Of a DNA stretch of 64,000 nucleotides, positions 9,471 through 19,736 are shown piece after piece. A program made the translations under genes and the position numbers. The notes under the pieces were generated by a model that had not been told where the DNA came from, ran no database searches, and saw only the letters and a list, made by a program, of their open reading frames with translations. This stretch comes from Candidatus Latescibacterota bacterium (GTDB lineage: Bacteria > Latescibacterota > UBA2968 > UBA8231): NCBI GenBank assembly GCA_965248265.1, contig CBDFJF010000002.1, positions 4,032,001-4,096,000 of the forward strand. Direction: 5' to 3'. The number at the start of each line of letters is the position of its first letter. The stretch's first letter is position 1.

Positions 9471-11924
9471 ATGCGGATCAACTACGAGCGGATCGTCCAC
9501 TACGTCTACCATCACCACATCAGCATCATCGTCGTCGCGACGCTGATCTCGGTGGGACTTGGATATTTCGCCGCACAGCTCAGGATCAAGGCGGACACGG
9601 CCGATCTGTTGCCCGATGACTACGTCAGTGTGCGCGAGCTCAGCCGCATCAAGGAGCGCGTCGGTGGCACCTCTCCGCTGATGGTCATCGTCACGGCGGA
9701 GGATCTCAATGATGCGGTCGAGGCCATGCATGCGCTTGCCGACTCGTTGGAGGGGAGCCGCCTGGTCAGCTCCGTCATCCGCCAGAGAAACTTCGAATTC
9801 CTGAGCCATAATCGCCTGTTGTTCATGGACACGGCGGACCTGCAGGAGGTGCACGACCGGGTCGAAGACCACATCGAACTCGAGAAACTGAAGCGTTCGC
9901 CCCTCTACTTCTCCCTCGATGACGAGGAGGAGGACGGACTCGCCTTCGATGACATCGAAGACAAATACAGCAGCCTGGAGAAAACTGGGCTGGAGCGGGA
10001 CTACTTCCTTACCGACGAGAAGAACGGGGTGATCCTGCGGGTGTACCCGGCTGGCGTCATCACGGATCGAACCTTTACCAAACAGCTGTTCGCCCTGCTC
10101 AACGCCGAAATCGCTAAGGTGTCGGCAGCGCCATCGGTCGAATTCAATCCGGTTGGGAGTTTCAAGAACGCCTCGAACCAGTACAAGGTCGTCGTCGACG
10201 ACCTAAAATCGACGGCCCTCTACGCGTTTATCGGGGTCCTGATCCTGATCTCCCTGCATTTCCGCCAGTTGCTGTCTCCATTCTTCGTCATTCTGCCGCT
10301 ACTGATGAGCCTGTCGTGGACGTTTGGACTCACCAAGCTCGTGATCGGCAACCTCAATCAGATCACCGTGTGCCTGTTCGCCATCCTGTTCGGCCTAGGC
10401 ATCGATTTCGGCATCCACATATTTGCCCGCTACCGCGAGGCCCGGCGACGCGGCAAGAGCACGGAGGATGCGCTGGTCGAAACGGTGTGCCATACCGGTA
10501 GTGCCCTGACGACGACGGCGGTGACCACGGCCGTGGCCTTCTTCTCGTTGTTGTTCTCCGACTTCAAGGGCTTTTCTGAATTCGGTTTCATCGTCGGCAT
10601 GGGTATCCTGTTTTCCCTGGTAGCCATGCTCGTCGTCTGTCCGGCCTTTATCGTGCTCGCGGAGCGCTTTCACGTGATTCGGCTGCAGCAGAGAAGCGTG
10701 CCCGAGCACCTGTTGCGCCGGGGACGCTATCCACTGCCCGCCCTGACCCTCGCCCTTGGATTGCTGGCCACGGGTTACTCCGTCTACCACTTTGGCAGCT
10801 GGAAGGATGGTCAGTTCGTCAGCGATCTGGGATTCGAATACGACTTCAAGAAGCTGCGACCGAAGATTCCCAACACAGGTCCCCAGGCCAGTATTCCCAA
10901 GGAGCTCAAGGAATCCCGCTCCCCCGCCATCGTGCTGACCGAGAGCCGCCAGGAGGCCGAGGAGGTAGTAGCGACGGTACGAGCGAAGATGCAGGCCAGG
11001 GGCGATTCATCGACCATCCAGTCCGTGAAGAGTGTCTATTCGGCGTTGCCCGCCGAACAGGAACGCAAGCTGGGTCTCATCGCCGGCATCAGGACACTCA
11101 TCGACGACAATGAAGACCTGCTCTCGGACGATGACCGCGCGCGCGCCGACTCACTGCGCCAGTACTTGGATGTGCGCGAGCTGCAGCTGGAAGATCTTCC
11201 CGTGGAACTGACGAAGACCTTCTCCAGCAAGGAAGGCGACATCCTGAACTTCGTCATGATCAACGCTTCGGTCGCCCTGCGGGACGGGCGCAATGCCATT
11301 CGCTTCGCCGAAGAGGTTCAGACGATTGTGACCCCGTCCGGCGGCACCTTCCACGCCTCCAGTTCTCACATCATCTTCGCCGAGATGCTCGTACTCATGC
11401 TGGATGATTCGGTCAAAGCCGTGATCCTGACCCTCCTCGTCGTCTCGATCGTGCTCATGATCGACCTGCGCAGCGCTTCGGGAACCCTGCTGGTGCTCGT
11501 TCCATTGCTGTCCGCGGTTTCTTTGGTCGTCGGCATTATGTACATCTTCGAATTCAAGATAAATATCTACAACATGGTCGCCTTCCCAACCATCATCGGC
11601 ATGGGCATCGACAATGCCGTGCACGTCTATCACCGGTACCGTGAAGCCGGACCCGGATCGATGCGGCTGGTGCTGCGCACGACCGGCCTGGCGCTGGTGG
11701 CGACGACGTTGACGACGATGGTCGGTTTCGCGGGATTGGTGCCGGCATCACACCCGGCGCTGTACTGGATAGGCATCGTTTCGTTGATCGGGCTGGCTTG
11801 TTGCTTCGTCACCGCCGTCACCCTGCTGCCCGCGTTGCTGCAGATCATCGAATGGATCCGTGGCGATCAGGACCAGTCGCCGGCTCCGGCTCCGGCTCCA
11901 ATAAGAAAGCCGACTGAGCCTTAA
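9471..11924 (+). CDS. MMPL/RND family lipid transporter (HpnN-like)
   Basis: Two repeats of a periplasmic loop plus TM bundle, with GLGIDFGIH and GMGIDNAVH motifs. Confidence 0.92.
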   Translation: MRINYERIVHYVYHHHISIIVVATLISVGLGYFAAQLRIKADTADLLPDDYVSVRELSRIKERVGGTSPLMVIVTAEDLNDAVEAMHALADSLEGSRLVSSVIRQRNFEFLSHNRLLFMDTADLQEVHDRVEDHIELEKLKRSPLYFSLDDEEEDGLAFDDIEDKYSSLEKTGLERDYFLTDEKNGVILRVYPAGVITDRTFTKQLFALLNAEIAKVSAAPSVEFNPVGSFKNASNQYKVVVDDLKSTALYAFIGVLILISLHFRQLLSPFFVILPLLMSLSWTFGLTKLVIGNLNQITVCLFAILFGLGIDFGIHIFARYREARRRGKSTEDALVETVCHTGSALTTTAVTTAVAFFSLLFSDFKGFSEFGFIVGMGILFSLVAMLVVCPAFIVLAERFHVIRLQQRSVPEHLLRRGRYPLPALTLALGLLATGYSVYHFGSWKDGQFVSDLGFEYDFKKLRPKIPNTGPQASIPKELKESRSPAIVLTESRQEAEEVVATVRAKMQARGDSSTIQSVKSVYSALPAEQERKLGLIAGIRTLIDDNEDLLSDDDRARADSLRQYLDVRELQLEDLPVELTKTFSSKEGDILNFVMINASVALRDGRNAIRFAEEVQTIVTPSGGTFHASSSHIIFAEMLVLMLDDSVKAVILTLLVVSIVLMIDLRSASGTLLVLVPLLSAVSLVVGIMYIFEFKINIYNMVAFPTIIGMGIDNAVHVYHRYREAGPGSMRLVLRTTGLALVATTLTTMVGFAGLVPASHPALYWIGIVSLIGLACCFVTAVTLLPALLQIIEWIRGDQDQSPAPAPAPIRKPTEP

Positions 11925-12006
11925 AAGAAATCCGCGCAGTTGCGGTTCCTATTGGGGCTCGATCGGCTCGAATTCGGTGGACGAGTCCGGAGCAACGTCC
12001 ACTATT

Positions 12007-12082
12007 TGGAGCGGGAGACCGGACTCGAACCGGCGACAACCACGTTGGCAACGTGGAGCTCTACCAACTGAGCTACTCCCGC
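12007..12082 (-). tRNA. tRNA-Gly (GCC)
   Basis: Reverse complement GCGGGAGTAGCTCAGTTGGTAGAGCTCCACGTTGCCAACGTGGTTGTCGCCGGTTCGAGTCCGGTCTCCCGCTCCA: 76 nt, cloverleaf, GCC anticodon, encoded CCA. Confidence 0.97.
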
Positions 12083-12147
12083 GTTAGCACCAGATTTCGA
12101 CTTTAACACTAGATTTCGGCACAAAAACTGAGGAGAGGAATATAGCC

Positions 12148-15100
12148 GTGACCTCAATAACGGTCAAGAAAACCGCGACGGAGTTCACCCATCGCCGTCA
12201 ACGTCTCTGCATCCTGCCCGTCCTCGCCTTGGGTTGGTTGTGGTCCTGTGGTGGTGACTCTGGTCCCTCCGCGGAATCGTTGCGCGCGCGCTGGTACAAC
12301 AATCAGGGCGTCGTCTACATGGACCAGCACAATTATACCAAGGGATTCGAGCAATTCTCAACTTCGGTGACACTGGATGACCATTACGCCACCGGCTTCG
12401 CCAACCTGGGGATCGCCTATTACAGCCTGGGCAAGTACGATAGCGCAGCGGTGTCACTGCAGAGGGCGCTTCAGCTGGACTCCGACAACTTGCACGCGCT
12501 CTACACCTCCGGCCTGATCTACCACGCTCAAGGAAGGGAGGAGGGCTACCCCAAAGCCCTCGACGCCTTCCAGCGGGTTGCTGCGGCCGATGAAGATGAT
12601 CCCCTGGTGCGATATTACCTCGGCCGCACGCTGGCGAAACTGGGACGACACGAAGAGGCCGTCACCGAATTCCGTCACGCCATAGACCTCGACCCGTATA
12701 ACGTCTCCGCCTATTACAATCTCTCAAACCAGCTGCGCACGCTCAAACGAATGGACGAATGGAAAACGACACTGGAGAGATTCAATGAACTCAGCCGCAG
12801 TGGGCATGAAGGGGTAAGCGCGTCGTATCAGGGACAAGGTCCTTACGGGGAGGCCTTGATCGATGACAGCGTCGGCTCGCGCCGTGATCCACCGCGGCCA
12901 CTTGCCTTCGTCTCTACTCGGTTAGAACTCGAGGCGGGAGGTGGTGGCATCGACGTGATCGCGGGCGTCGACGTGGATGCGGATGGACTTAGCGACCTGC
13001 TCATCGGCGACCGCGACGGCTCGCTGCAGCTGTTCGGCAACAACGATGGGCAAGCCTTCTTCCCCTCCACTGATTGGGACCTGCCACCGGCCGCTCAGCT
13101 GGGACGATTGCACGACCTGGTCACCGGCGACTGCGACGATGATGGGGACGACGACCTCATACTCGGCGGTGAAATGCAGACGGCGCTGGCACAACGCCAG
13201 GAGACTGGATTCTCTTCCCCCGCGCTCACGACCGTGTCCGGCGCGTCAACCCGCTCTGTATTCGGAGACACGGACCACGACGGCGACCTCGACCTGCTGC
13301 TGATGAGCGACAGCGGCAAAAAGCTATTCCTCAATGACGGCACGTGTACGTTTGCCGACCACACCGACGCCTCGGGGTTGACCGCAACGCCGGGCTCAGA
13401 AGCCATTTTGGCCGACTTCGACAACGATCGCGATGTCGACTTCCTCACCCTCGGCGGCGCACGTGCCCAAGGAAGAGCCATCGAACTCTACACCAACAAT
13501 CGCGACGGCACCTTTTCCGAGGTGGCCGGCCGGCAGAACCTCGATCTGCCCGGAGCAACCGACCTCGCAGTCGGCGACTTCAACGCCGATACCTTCATGG
13601 ACGTCGTGACGGTCAATGGCAATGAGGCGCCGACATTATTCGCCAATCAGCGCGGGCGATCGTTCGCGCCCCGGGAGATCGCGGCGAAAGCTCCGGACTT
13701 CCAGGGCGTAAGGGCCGCCGACGTCGACAACGATGGTGACCTCGACCTTGTCGTCTTCGGTAGCACAGGCCTGCGCATTCTATCTCACGTCGGAGAGGAT
13801 TTCGTCGACGACATGGAGACGCTTGCTGACAGCGGCCCGGTCGAGCACCTGCTGGTACGCGATTTCGACGCGGATGGCCGTATCGACCTGTTGATTGGTA
13901 CTGGCGAATCCGTCACCGTCCACCACAACCGGACTGAGGGTGGCCACTGGGTCGCGGTGGCGCTGCAGGGACTCAACAGCAACCCGAACGGCTTCGGAAC
14001 CAAGGTGGAAGTGAAAACGGCCCATGGGCGCCAGAAGCGGGAACTGCGAGGCGGCAGCCGCGACGCCGGGATGCTGACCTTTGGACTGGCCGAGTCCGAT
14101 TCCGTCGAATTTGTCCGCATTCTCTGGCCCAGCGGCGTGCGTCAGACCGAGTTGGCCACCGGCGGCGGGCAGCTCCTCAGCCTCACCGAGCTGAACCGAA
14201 AAGGGACCTCCTGTCCCATCTTGTACGCATGGGATGGCACACAATTCCGTTTCGTCAGCGATTTTCTGGGCGGCGGCATCATCGGTTACCTGTTGGCGCC
14301 GGGAGAATTCTACACCCCCGACCACGATGAGTACCTTCCGGTCGGCCCGATCGCCCCGCGTCGCGGCAGGTACACATTTCAAGTGGCCAACCAACTGGAG
14401 GAAATCATCTACCTGGATGCGGCTGCCCTGGTAGCTGTCGATCATCCCCCCGGATTGTCCATCTTCGCCAACGAGCGTTTGCTGTCAGAGCCACCCTACC
14501 CGGACTTCGGTGTGTTCGCCGTCGACGCGCTGCATGCGCCGCGCCGCGCCCAAGACGATCGTGGCCGCGACATCACCCGGCAGCTGCTCGAGGTAGACGA
14601 CGACTGGTATGATGACTTCGCTCTGACACCCATTCACGGTTACGCCGAGCCTTATAGCCTGGTGCTGGATATGGGAGATCTCAGCGCCGTGGCTGCTCCC
14701 GTCCTGATCGCCAACGGCTGGGTCGATTACGCCCACTCGTCCTCCAACTGGGCGGCCGCTCAGCAGGGCTTGCAGCTGTCACCACCGCGTCTGGAAGTCG
14801 GCGATGGCAACGGCGGATGGCGCCTGGTAGCGGCCGACATGGGCACCCCCGCAGGCTTGCCGAAGTACATGACCTTCGACCTCGAGGACCAGTTCACGCC
14901 TGGAGACTACCGTTTGCGGATCTCCACCAATGCGGCCATCTACTGGGATCAGATCGCCGTGGGCTCAACCACGCAGACGGAGCAGATGGAAATTCACCGT
15001 CGCTCCTTCGACGCTGCCGACCTGCATTGGCGCGGATACCCCGAGCACACGCCAATCAAGGGTACCTTCGCCTTCCTCTACCACTATGATCGTCTGAACC

Positions 15101-15465
15101 CCTACACCGATTGGGGAACCCACGGCGGGGCGTTCACCCGCTTCGGAGACGTCGGTCAGTTGCTGGGTGAAGTGGACGACCGCTTCGTCATCATGTTCCA
15201 CGGTGACGAATTGACGCTGGAAGTCCCGGAGGCCGACTTCCCGGCACCGGCTCCTGGCGCTGATCGCAGCTTCCTACTCTATGCCGACGGCTTCGGCAAG
15301 GACATGGATTACCATTCGGCCCACTCGCTTACTGTTGGTCCGCTTCCCTATCACGGGATGTCCGGCTACCCGTACCCTGAAACGGAGGCCTATCCCGGCG
15401 ATGCCGGGCATGAAGCCTATCGACTGGAGTACAACACTCGGCGGATCAGGGGGTACTACGAGTAA
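12148..15465 (+). CDS. Lipoprotein with TPR, FG-GAP/VCBS repeats, an ASPIC/UnbV domain and a C-terminal domain
   Basis: Lipobox LWSC, N-terminal TPRs, many DxDxDGxxD repeats, NPNGFGTKVEV...LTFGL...ILWPSG (ASPIC/UnbV), then SCPILYAWDG. Confidence 0.85.
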   Translation: MTSITVKKTATEFTHRRQRLCILPVLALGWLWSCGGDSGPSAESLRARWYNNQGVVYMDQHNYTKGFEQFSTSVTLDDHYATGFANLGIAYYSLGKYDSAAVSLQRALQLDSDNLHALYTSGLIYHAQGREEGYPKALDAFQRVAAADEDDPLVRYYLGRTLAKLGRHEEAVTEFRHAIDLDPYNVSAYYNLSNQLRTLKRMDEWKTTLERFNELSRSGHEGVSASYQGQGPYGEALIDDSVGSRRDPPRPLAFVSTRLELEAGGGGIDVIAGVDVDADGLSDLLIGDRDGSLQLFGNNDGQAFFPSTDWDLPPAAQLGRLHDLVTGDCDDDGDDDLILGGEMQTALAQRQETGFSSPALTTVSGASTRSVFGDTDHDGDLDLLLMSDSGKKLFLNDGTCTFADHTDASGLTATPGSEAILADFDNDRDVDFLTLGGARAQGRAIELYTNNRDGTFSEVAGRQNLDLPGATDLAVGDFNADTFMDVVTVNGNEAPTLFANQRGRSFAPREIAAKAPDFQGVRAADVDNDGDLDLVVFGSTGLRILSHVGEDFVDDMETLADSGPVEHLLVRDFDADGRIDLLIGTGESVTVHHNRTEGGHWVAVALQGLNSNPNGFGTKVEVKTAHGRQKRELRGGSRDAGMLTFGLAESDSVEFVRILWPSGVRQTELATGGGQLLSLTELNRKGTSCPILYAWDGTQFRFVSDFLGGGIIGYLLAPGEFYTPDHDEYLPVGPIAPRRGRYTFQVANQLEEIIYLDAAALVAVDHPPGLSIFANERLLSEPPYPDFGVFAVDALHAPRRAQDDRGRDITRQLLEVDDDWYDDFALTPIHGYAEPYSLVLDMGDLSAVAAPVLIANGWVDYAHSSSNWAAAQQGLQLSPPRLEVGDGNGGWRLVAADMGTPAGLPKYMTFDLEDQFTPGDYRLRISTNAAIYWDQIAVGSTTQTEQMEIHRRSFDAADLHWRGYPEHTPIKGTFAFLYHYDRLNPYTDWGTHGGAFTRFGDVGQLLGEVDDRFVIMFHGDELTLEVPEADFPAPAPGADRSFLLYADGFGKDMDYHSAHSLTVGPLPYHGMSGYPYPETEAYPGDAGHEAYRLEYNTRRIRGYYE

Positions 15466-15475
15466 GAAGACTGAA

Positions 15476-16414
15476 TCAGTCTTCCGGAGTCATGGCACAG
15501 CGGAAACCGAGGTAGTCATTGGAGGCCTGCGGCATGGCGAAATGCCGGCTCTTGCCGCGGATCCCCATGCGGTTCTCGTGGAATGCGCCGCCTCGAAAAA
15601 CGCGCTGGAACCCAGCGCTGGGACCCGGGGGATCTTCATCCGGACTGACGTTGTAGTAGTCCTTATCGAACCAGTCACTGACCCACTCACCAACATTGCC
15701 GCACATGTCCCAGACCCCGAGCCCGCTCTTGCCGCGGTCGAAGCGGGTGACCTCCGTCGTCTTGCTGTCGGGGTTGTCGTAGTTGGCGCAATCGGCGTTC
15801 GCAGACTTGCCCCAGGGATACTCGTCCCGGCCGTCCACGAGGCAGGCACGCTCCCATTCCGCTTCCGTCGGCAAACGTTTACCAGTCCATCCAGCGTATG
15901 CGTTGGCATCTTCCCACGACACGTTGACGATCGGATGGTTGGCCTTGCGTGCATCCGGAAAGGTGCGATTACGCCAGTGCGGGGGCGCCCGGTGACCGGT
16001 CACTTCGATGAACTCCTTGTATTGTAGATTGGTGACTTCGTACTTGTCGATGAAGAACCTGGAGATCGTGACCAGATGTTCCGGGTTTTCTTCCTCTCTG
16101 CCGGGAGTGTTTGTGCCGATGCGGCATTTTGCGGCGGGAATTTCAATCATCTCCACCGGATTCAAGCGCGCCTGCAGTTCGATCCGGTTTTCTTCGAGCC
16201 GATCGAGCTCCCGTCTCATTTGATCGATGGTGGAGCGAACGGAACCCAGATTGCTCTCTGACTCGACGATCTGCGCGTTCATCTGCTCCTTGCGACTGGA
16301 AACTTCGGTCGCCGACGGCATCAGGAGAGTCAGCTTCTTACGGTAGTCGACGAATATCTGGATGAACAACACGGCGACGATGAGAATACCGAGTGCGACG
16401 GTCCAATCAGCCAT
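15476..16414 (-). CDS. Membrane-anchored coiled-coil + formylglycine-generating-enzyme-like (SUMF1/FGE-sulfatase) domain protein
   Basis: IDKYEVTN, HPIVNVSWEDA, RLPTEAEWE, DMCGNVGEW and LGFRC motifs. Lacks the catalytic Cys pair that follows RGG in active FGE. Confidence 0.88.
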   Translation of the reverse strand: MADWTVALGILIVAVLFIQIFVDYRKKLTLLMPSATEVSSRKEQMNAQIVESESNLGSVRSTIDQMRRELDRLEENRIELQARLNPVEMIEIPAAKCRIGTNTPGREEENPEHLVTISRFFIDKYEVTNLQYKEFIEVTGHRAPPHWRNRTFPDARKANHPIVNVSWEDANAYAGWTGKRLPTEAEWERACLVDGRDEYPWGKSANADCANYDNPDSKTTEVTRFDRGKSGLGVWDMCGNVGEWVSDWFDKDYYNVSPDEDPPGPSAGFQRVFRGGAFHENRMGIRGKSRHFAMPQASNDYLGFRCAMTPED

Positions 16415-16556
16415 GGGAACTAGGCTCCTCTATTCTGTACAGACGCATGTTCGACCCTCCGACATTCGTTGACTTCCATGCGACGGAGCGGGATATTCGG
16501 GTCATGTAGCCCTCCCCTTCCCTGTGCAGCATCCACAACTGCCTGCTTGTAAGCCG

Positions 16557-18656
16557 ATGCTCAAAAAAGCCACACTGCTCTCCGTATGCTGCCTGCTCCT
16601 GTACGGCACAGGACTGATTGTAGTATACGACCTGTCCGATGACAACCTGCCCGACATCGATGAACTGGAAACCCGTCAACCCAACCGCGTGACCAAAGTC
16701 TATTCCGCCGATGGTAAGTATCTGGACGACTTTCATATCGAAAAGCGCGAACTCCTCAAGAGCTACGACGAAATCCCCAAGTCGATGAAGGATGCCCTCA
16801 TCGCGGTCGAGGACAAGCGATTCTTCGAGCACTGGGGTGTCGACCTGCAACGGGTGGTGGGGGCAGCACTCTCCAACGTCATGTCCGGAAACCTGACGGG
16901 CCAGGGAGCCAGTACCCTGACCCAGCAGCTTGCACGCAACCTCTACGACAAGGTCGGACGCCAGAGAAGCAGTGAAACTCTGGATCTGCTAACGGCAAGC
17001 TATGCCCGCAAGATTCGCGAGGCGATCACGGCCGTTTACATCGAACGCCTGTACACCAAGCAGGAAATCCTTACGATGTACCTGAATACGGTTTTCTTCG
17101 GACATGACTCCTGGGGATTGAAATCGGCTGCCCGACTCTACTTCGACAAGACTCCCAAGGAACTCAATGTCGAGGAGAGCGCCACCCTGGCGGCCCTCCT
17201 CAAAGCCCCTAACAGTTACAGCCCTTTGAGAAATCGGGTGGCGTCCACGAAGCGGCGCAACACCGTTCTCTGGCTCATGAAGGACAATGGCACCCTGACC
17301 TCGATGGAATACCGTGCATTGTCTGCCAAACCGATCGTCGTGAGAGAGGCGAAGCCCACGGAAACGGCAGGGTTGGCTCCTCACTTCGTCGAGCACGTGC
17401 GCAAACAACTGGATGAGAAGTACGGCTCTTCCCTGTACACCGATGGCTTGCGGATCCACACCACCCTCGACTCGCGCTTGCAGGTGATTGCCGAACGGGT
17501 TTACAAGACCGAAATCGGCAAGGTCCAGGTGGACATCGACAAGTACCTGGCTGCCCAGGACTCTTCAGAGGGACTGCCCGACTCCGCATTGGTGCAGGCA
17601 GCCTTCATTGCCATGGATCCCTCCAACGGCCGCATCCTTGCCATGATCGGCGGCCGGGATCTCGGCACCGGCGAGTCCAAACGCGGCTTCAACCGAGCCA
17701 CCCAGGCGGAGCGTCAAGCAGGATCCTCCTTTAAGCCATTCGTCTACACAGCAGCCCTGGACAATGGCCGGTTTCCGACCGATGAGTTCGAGGACAACGC
17801 GCTTACGGTACCAGAGTTGGACGGCTCGATCTGGGATCCCGAAAACTATGACCGCAAGTTCAAGGGGATGATGACACTGCGGGACGGCTTCAAGCATTCA
17901 CGGAATCTGATCGCCATCAAATTGGCCATGGAGATTCATCCGAGGAATATTCGGGATTATGCCAGGCGTATGGGCATCACAACCGAAATCAGACCCTTTT
18001 TCGCCATCGCCATCGGCTCCAGCGAAGTCAAGCTCATCGACATGGTATCGGCCTACAGTGTCTTTCCGAATCAGGGGATTCGCGTCGAACCGAGCGCCGT
18101 GACCAGCATCGTTGATGCCTCGGAGAGCGTTATCTACGAGCCGACGGACAGCCGCCGGGAGGCACTGCGTCCCTCGGTGGCCATTCTGATGACGGATATG
18201 ATGCGATCGGTCGTCGATGAAGGCACCGGTGGATCATTGCGCTGGAAGTGGGGCTTCAAACCGCAGGCGGCGGGCAAGACTGGCACGACCAACGACTATG
18301 CCGATGCCTGGTTCATTGGCTTTACTCCGCACCTGGTTGCCGGCGTCTGGGTAGGCTTCGACGATCCAGGCCTGAGCCTGGCACGACTCCCAGGATCCAG
18401 CGCTGCCCTGCCGTTGTGGGCGCAATTCATGAAGGCGGCGTACGAGGAGGTCGACTATTACAGCGAGCGCGCCAGGGCCGAGTTCGAGTATCCGGAAGCC
18501 CTGATCACCCGTCGTGCGGTCTGCGAGGACACGCACAAGCTGGCGACAAGATATTGTCCCCGGCGGACCAAGGATCTCTTCATCGCCGACGGCGTGTTAC
18601 CAGAAATGTGTCCGGAGCATGGCATCGGCCCGGCGCAGAGGCAGCAACGGTTCTGA
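16557..18656 (+). CDS. Class A penicillin-binding protein (PBP1A family)
   Basis: Transglycosylase motifs EDKRFFEHWG, GASTLTQQL and RKIRE; transpeptidase motifs SSFK, SRN and KTGT. Confidence 0.95.
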   Translation: MLKKATLLSVCCLLLYGTGLIVVYDLSDDNLPDIDELETRQPNRVTKVYSADGKYLDDFHIEKRELLKSYDEIPKSMKDALIAVEDKRFFEHWGVDLQRVVGAALSNVMSGNLTGQGASTLTQQLARNLYDKVGRQRSSETLDLLTASYARKIREAITAVYIERLYTKQEILTMYLNTVFFGHDSWGLKSAARLYFDKTPKELNVEESATLAALLKAPNSYSPLRNRVASTKRRNTVLWLMKDNGTLTSMEYRALSAKPIVVREAKPTETAGLAPHFVEHVRKQLDEKYGSSLYTDGLRIHTTLDSRLQVIAERVYKTEIGKVQVDIDKYLAAQDSSEGLPDSALVQAAFIAMDPSNGRILAMIGGRDLGTGESKRGFNRATQAERQAGSSFKPFVYTAALDNGRFPTDEFEDNALTVPELDGSIWDPENYDRKFKGMMTLRDGFKHSRNLIAIKLAMEIHPRNIRDYARRMGITTEIRPFFAIAIGSSEVKLIDMVSAYSVFPNQGIRVEPSAVTSIVDASESVIYEPTDSRREALRPSVAILMTDMMRSVVDEGTGGSLRWKWGFKPQAAGKTGTTNDYADAWFIGFTPHLVAGVWVGFDDPGLSLARLPGSSAALPLWAQFMKAAYEEVDYYSERARAEFEYPEALITRRAVCEDTHKLATRYCPRRTKDLFIADGVLPEMCPEHGIGPAQRQQRF

Positions 18657-18758
18657 ATGCACAGGGAGGAAGTCACCTTCCTGGCATTGTAGATAGGTGG
18701 ATGCTTGTAGCGGAACGTGGGGGGGAGCTGACAACAACAGGTGTGGTCGAGGTGGAGA

Positions 18759-19067
18759 CTACTCGTCCAACTGAAATCGGGTGGGCTTGCGGCGCTTTTC
18801 CCTCTCCCGGTATTCCTCGACCTTCTTGGTGAGTTCACCAAGCTCTTTTTCCAACTCTTCAATTTCCTTCTGCAGGGCGCTCACAGCCTCCTTGGTATCG
18901 TTGGTCGCTCCCTGCTCGGCTTCGATCTTATTCTCACATTCACGGATCTCCGCCTTGGCGAGATTCGCCTTCGGCTTCAATCCGGCCGAAACCTTGAGGT
19001 AGTCGATGACGATGAAGACGAGAAAACCGGCTGCTCCGACCGCGATACTGATGAATACCCATGCCAT
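18759..19067 (-). CDS. Small single-TM coiled-coil protein
   Basis: N-terminal TM followed by a heptad-rich helix; GGGG-type RBS upstream. Confidence 0.75.
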   Translation of the reverse strand: MAWVFISIAVGAAGFLVFIVIDYLKVSAGLKPKANLAKAEIRECENKIEAEQGATNDTKEAVSALQKEIEELEKELGELTKKVEEYREREKRRKPTRFQLDE

Positions 19068-19113
19068 ACGTCAGATCCCCTGATGCGGGGTTATACTGGG
19101 TTTATACCATGCC

Positions 19114-19707
19114 TTACTGCTGCTGTTGCTCATCCTGCTTTAACTCTTCCATCATCTTGGTGATGTTGGCGGCGAAATCCGGGGTCATCGCCTGCATTAT
19201 TTTCGCCATTTGTTGAGGTGGCAGCAAGCGCATCAGCATGGCCACGGATGTGTCCTGGAAGGTCCCCTCCTGAAATATGTCAGCCGCATTCTGCGGTTTG
19301 ACCTTCGCGTAGAAGGCCGCCATGCTCTTCAGGTTCTCCCGGCGAAGGCGGCTTTGTTCGCCCTGACTTAGCGAATCCATCGCGGCCTGACGCCGATCCA
19401 CGGCGGCCTGGTTAGCCATCAATTCAGCCTCGACGGCCTTCAGGCTTTCAGCGACCGCTTCGTTGCGCTTGCGCTCCGACTGGTATAACTCCCGGTAGCC
19501 ATCCACCTCCCGGATCAGATCCCCCAGACGATCCTCAGGATCGATAAAGTCGTCAGATATCCTGGTGCTGTCCACCTGTCCGCTGATGATCTTCTGCAAC
19601 TCCTGTGGCGACTTGATGGTCTTCGTGAAGAACAGCATAGCCAGCAGTGCAGCAGTGAACGAGACGAACATGCCGACAATGAGGAGTGGGACGAGAAGAA
19701 ACTTCAT
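19114..19707 (-). CDS. MotE/FlbB/MgtE_N-like flagellar-associated protein
   Basis: TM + coiled coil + FYAKVKPQNAADIF...LPPQQMAKIMQAMTPDFAANIT repeat domain. Confidence 0.7.
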   Translation of the reverse strand: MKFLLVPLLIVGMFVSFTAALLAMLFFTKTIKSPQELQKIISGQVDSTRISDDFIDPEDRLGDLIREVDGYRELYQSERKRNEAVAESLKAVEAELMANQAAVDRRQAAMDSLSQGEQSRLRRENLKSMAAFYAKVKPQNAADIFQEGTFQDTSVAMLMRLLPPQQMAKIMQAMTPDFAANITKMMEELKQDEQQQQ

Positions 19708-19736
19708 CGTTGTTAATCCTACCTAAATCGACGCGC

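Noticed and set aside
2320-12082. Lipid locus as a tRNA-Gly-anchored genomic island
   Set aside because: No integrase, no duplicate of the tRNA 3' end noticed, and no obvious compositional shift.
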